Made by a program: the position numbers and the translations under genes. This document shows, one piece after another, positions 62,435-64,000 of a DNA stretch of 64,000 bases. Every line of letters begins with the position of its first letter. The stretch's first letter is position 1. The notes below the pieces were generated by a model that was not told the origin of the DNA, ran no database searches, and worked only from the letters and a program-made list of their open reading frames with translations. This DNA is from Alphaproteobacteria bacterium (GTDB taxonomy: Bacteria; Pseudomonadota; Alphaproteobacteria; Bin95). Location of the stretch: positions 1,152,001 to 1,216,000 of the forward strand of contig OZ219787.1 in NCBI GenBank assembly GCA_964291285.2, given 5' to 3'.

Positions 62435-62466
62435 GGCGGTCCGTTGCGGCGCGAGTTGTTCGGCCG

Positions 62467-63168
62467 TCAATGCTCTTCGTCGCGGCGGACTTTCGACAGG
62501 GCGGAGGAAATAAGCCCGGCCGGAACCGCCACGATGCCAAGACCGCACATCAGGATTACGAATGTGAATGCCTTGCCGCCTGCCGTTACGGGATAAACGT
62601 CGCCGTAACCGACAGTCGTGAGAGTGGCAACGGCCCACCAGATACTGTGAAAGATCGACCGGAACGCTTCCGGCTGCGCCTCATGCTCGAAGTGGTATAT
62701 CCCGGCGGCCGAGATATACAGCAGCACTGCCGTCGCCATGAAGAATATGACGGCTTCTTCCCGAACTTCCGTAAGAGCCTTACCGAAGCGTTCCATCGTC
62801 CTGCTGTAGCGGGCCAGTTTCAGGATACGGAAAATGCGAAGAAGACGGAATGCCCGAAGTGCGTAAAGGTCTATGCCGAGCAGGAGATAGAACGGTGCGA
62901 TTGCGATCAGGTCTATAATGCCGTAGAAGCTGAAAATATATCTCCATTTGTTCGGTGCCGTAACGATACGAAGGCCGTATTCCACGGTGAACAATACGGT
63001 AATTCCAATTTCCAGTGAGAAAAAGACATGTTTGAGGCGAGGTGATAAATCCGGCAATGTTTCGACCGACAGGGAAACAATCGAAATCGCAATAAGGACA
63101 AGCACCGCAATGTCGAAAATCCTGCCGGGAGCGGTATCGGACTCTTGCACGATTTTTCTCAGGTTCAT
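62467..63168 (-). CDS. Ion transporter (voltage-gated K+ channel-like)
   Basis: S4 LRAFRLLRIFRILK; filter TTVGYGD; lower GC than flanks. Confidence 0.92.
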   Translation of the reverse strand: MNLRKIVQESDTAPGRIFDIAVLVLIAISIVSLSVETLPDLSPRLKHVFFSLEIGITVLFTVEYGLRIVTAPNKWRYIFSFYGIIDLIAIAPFYLLLGIDLYALRAFRLLRIFRILKLARYSRTMERFGKALTEVREEAVIFFMATAVLLYISAAGIYHFEHEAQPEAFRSIFHSIWWAVATLTTVGYGDVYPVTAGGKAFTFVILMCGLGIVAVPAGLISSALSKVRRDEEH

Positions 63169-63282
63169 TGCTCGTCTCCGTCCGGTTTGAAGAGACAGGG
63201 TGTCCAGAAAGGGCGGCGTCCCGACAGCCGGGCCCTCGGGCGTGACCGGATGCCTGTCCGGCCGGGCGGCGGCGGGATCCGG

Positions 63283-64000
63283 CTACTGCGCCACGCCCAC
63301 CGCGACATCGGCGGCGAGGGATTCCGTGCTCTCGCCGTGAATGTGGCCGCGGATGGGGGCGGCGTCGAAGGCGTCGAGGCCGGAGCCGAGGCGCACATAG
63401 GCGTCGGTCGGGCTCTGGCGGTGGGTCGGGTCGAAGCCGACCCAGCCGAGCCCCTGCACCCAGGCCTCGGCCCAGGCGTGGGTTTCGCCGAGCGGGGCTT
63501 CGGGGTCGTGCAGATAGCCGACGACATAGCGCGCCGGAATTTCGAGGAAGCGGCAGGCGGCGGCGAAGAGATGCGCCTGGTCCTGGCAGACGCCGGCGCC
63601 GCGCTCCAGCGCCCCGGCGGCGGACACATCGCTGTCCGTTGCGCCCGGGCGGTATTCGACCGCGTCGGCGACGGCCTCGTTCAGGTTGTGCAGCATCGGC
63701 AGCAGGCCGTCGCTCGCGTCCGCCACCCCGCGGGCGAACCCGGCAATGCCGCCCTCCGGCTCGGTCAGCGGCGAGTAGCGCAGAAACACCGCCGGGCGGT
63801 GCGGCGGCCAGCGGCCGAGCATGCCGGCCCTGTCCTCGGTCTCGACCGTGCCCTCGACCGAGACCTCGACACGCTCCGGCCGCTCGGGCGCCCGCCAGAG
63901 CGCCTCCCTGTCGCCGAAGGAGTTGGTCAGAAGCGGCGCGATCTCGGCCCCGTTCACCCGCACCGACCAGGCCTCGACGCGTTGCATGGCGCAATCGACC
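63283..64000 (-). CDS. Transglutaminase-like protein (5' end outside window)
   Basis: GVCQDQAH, PARYVVGY, HAWAE, GWVGFDPT. Confidence 0.9.
   Translation of the reverse strand, partial: VDCAMQRVEAWSVRVNGAEIAPLLTNSFGDREALWRAPERPERVEVSVEGTVETEDRAGMLGRWPPHRPAVFLRYSPLTEPEGGIAGFARGVADASDGLLPMLHNLNEAVADAVEYRPGATDSDVSAAGALERGAGVCQDQAHLFAAACRFLEIPARYVVGYLHDPEAPLGETHAWAEAWVQGLGWVGFDPTHRQSPTDAYVRLGSGLDAFDAAPIRGHIHGESTESLAADVAVGVAQ

Overview
GC-rich alphaproteobacterial-type chromosomal segment (taxon inferred from the tldD-coxBA-ctaB-ctaG-coxC-SURF1...thrC-M16 peptidase and yejABEF gene order). The housekeeping and catabolic genes are interspersed with accessory DNA. Five IS elements could be delimited: a partial IS21; an IS5/IS427; an IS621-like IS110 whose bridge-RNA guides can be read in the sequence; an IS1634 inside vsr; and an IS1595 inside yejB that carries a DNA methyltransferase and an HNH gene. 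There are three type II TA pairs, a low-GC orphan HNH-like nuclease, and a low-GC operon (C5-MTase, GHKL ATPase, hypothetical, DUF6339-like, Vsr) that is a candidate defence system and appears to be decaying. The most unusual signal is three dispersed IS630-derived HTH genes, each behind a sigma70-type promoter overlapped by an alphaproteobacterial LexA box. Two of them are complete, lack a DDE domain, and share a conserved, structured 280-360 nt leader. All family calls come from motif recognition by eye; no database searches or folding programs were run.
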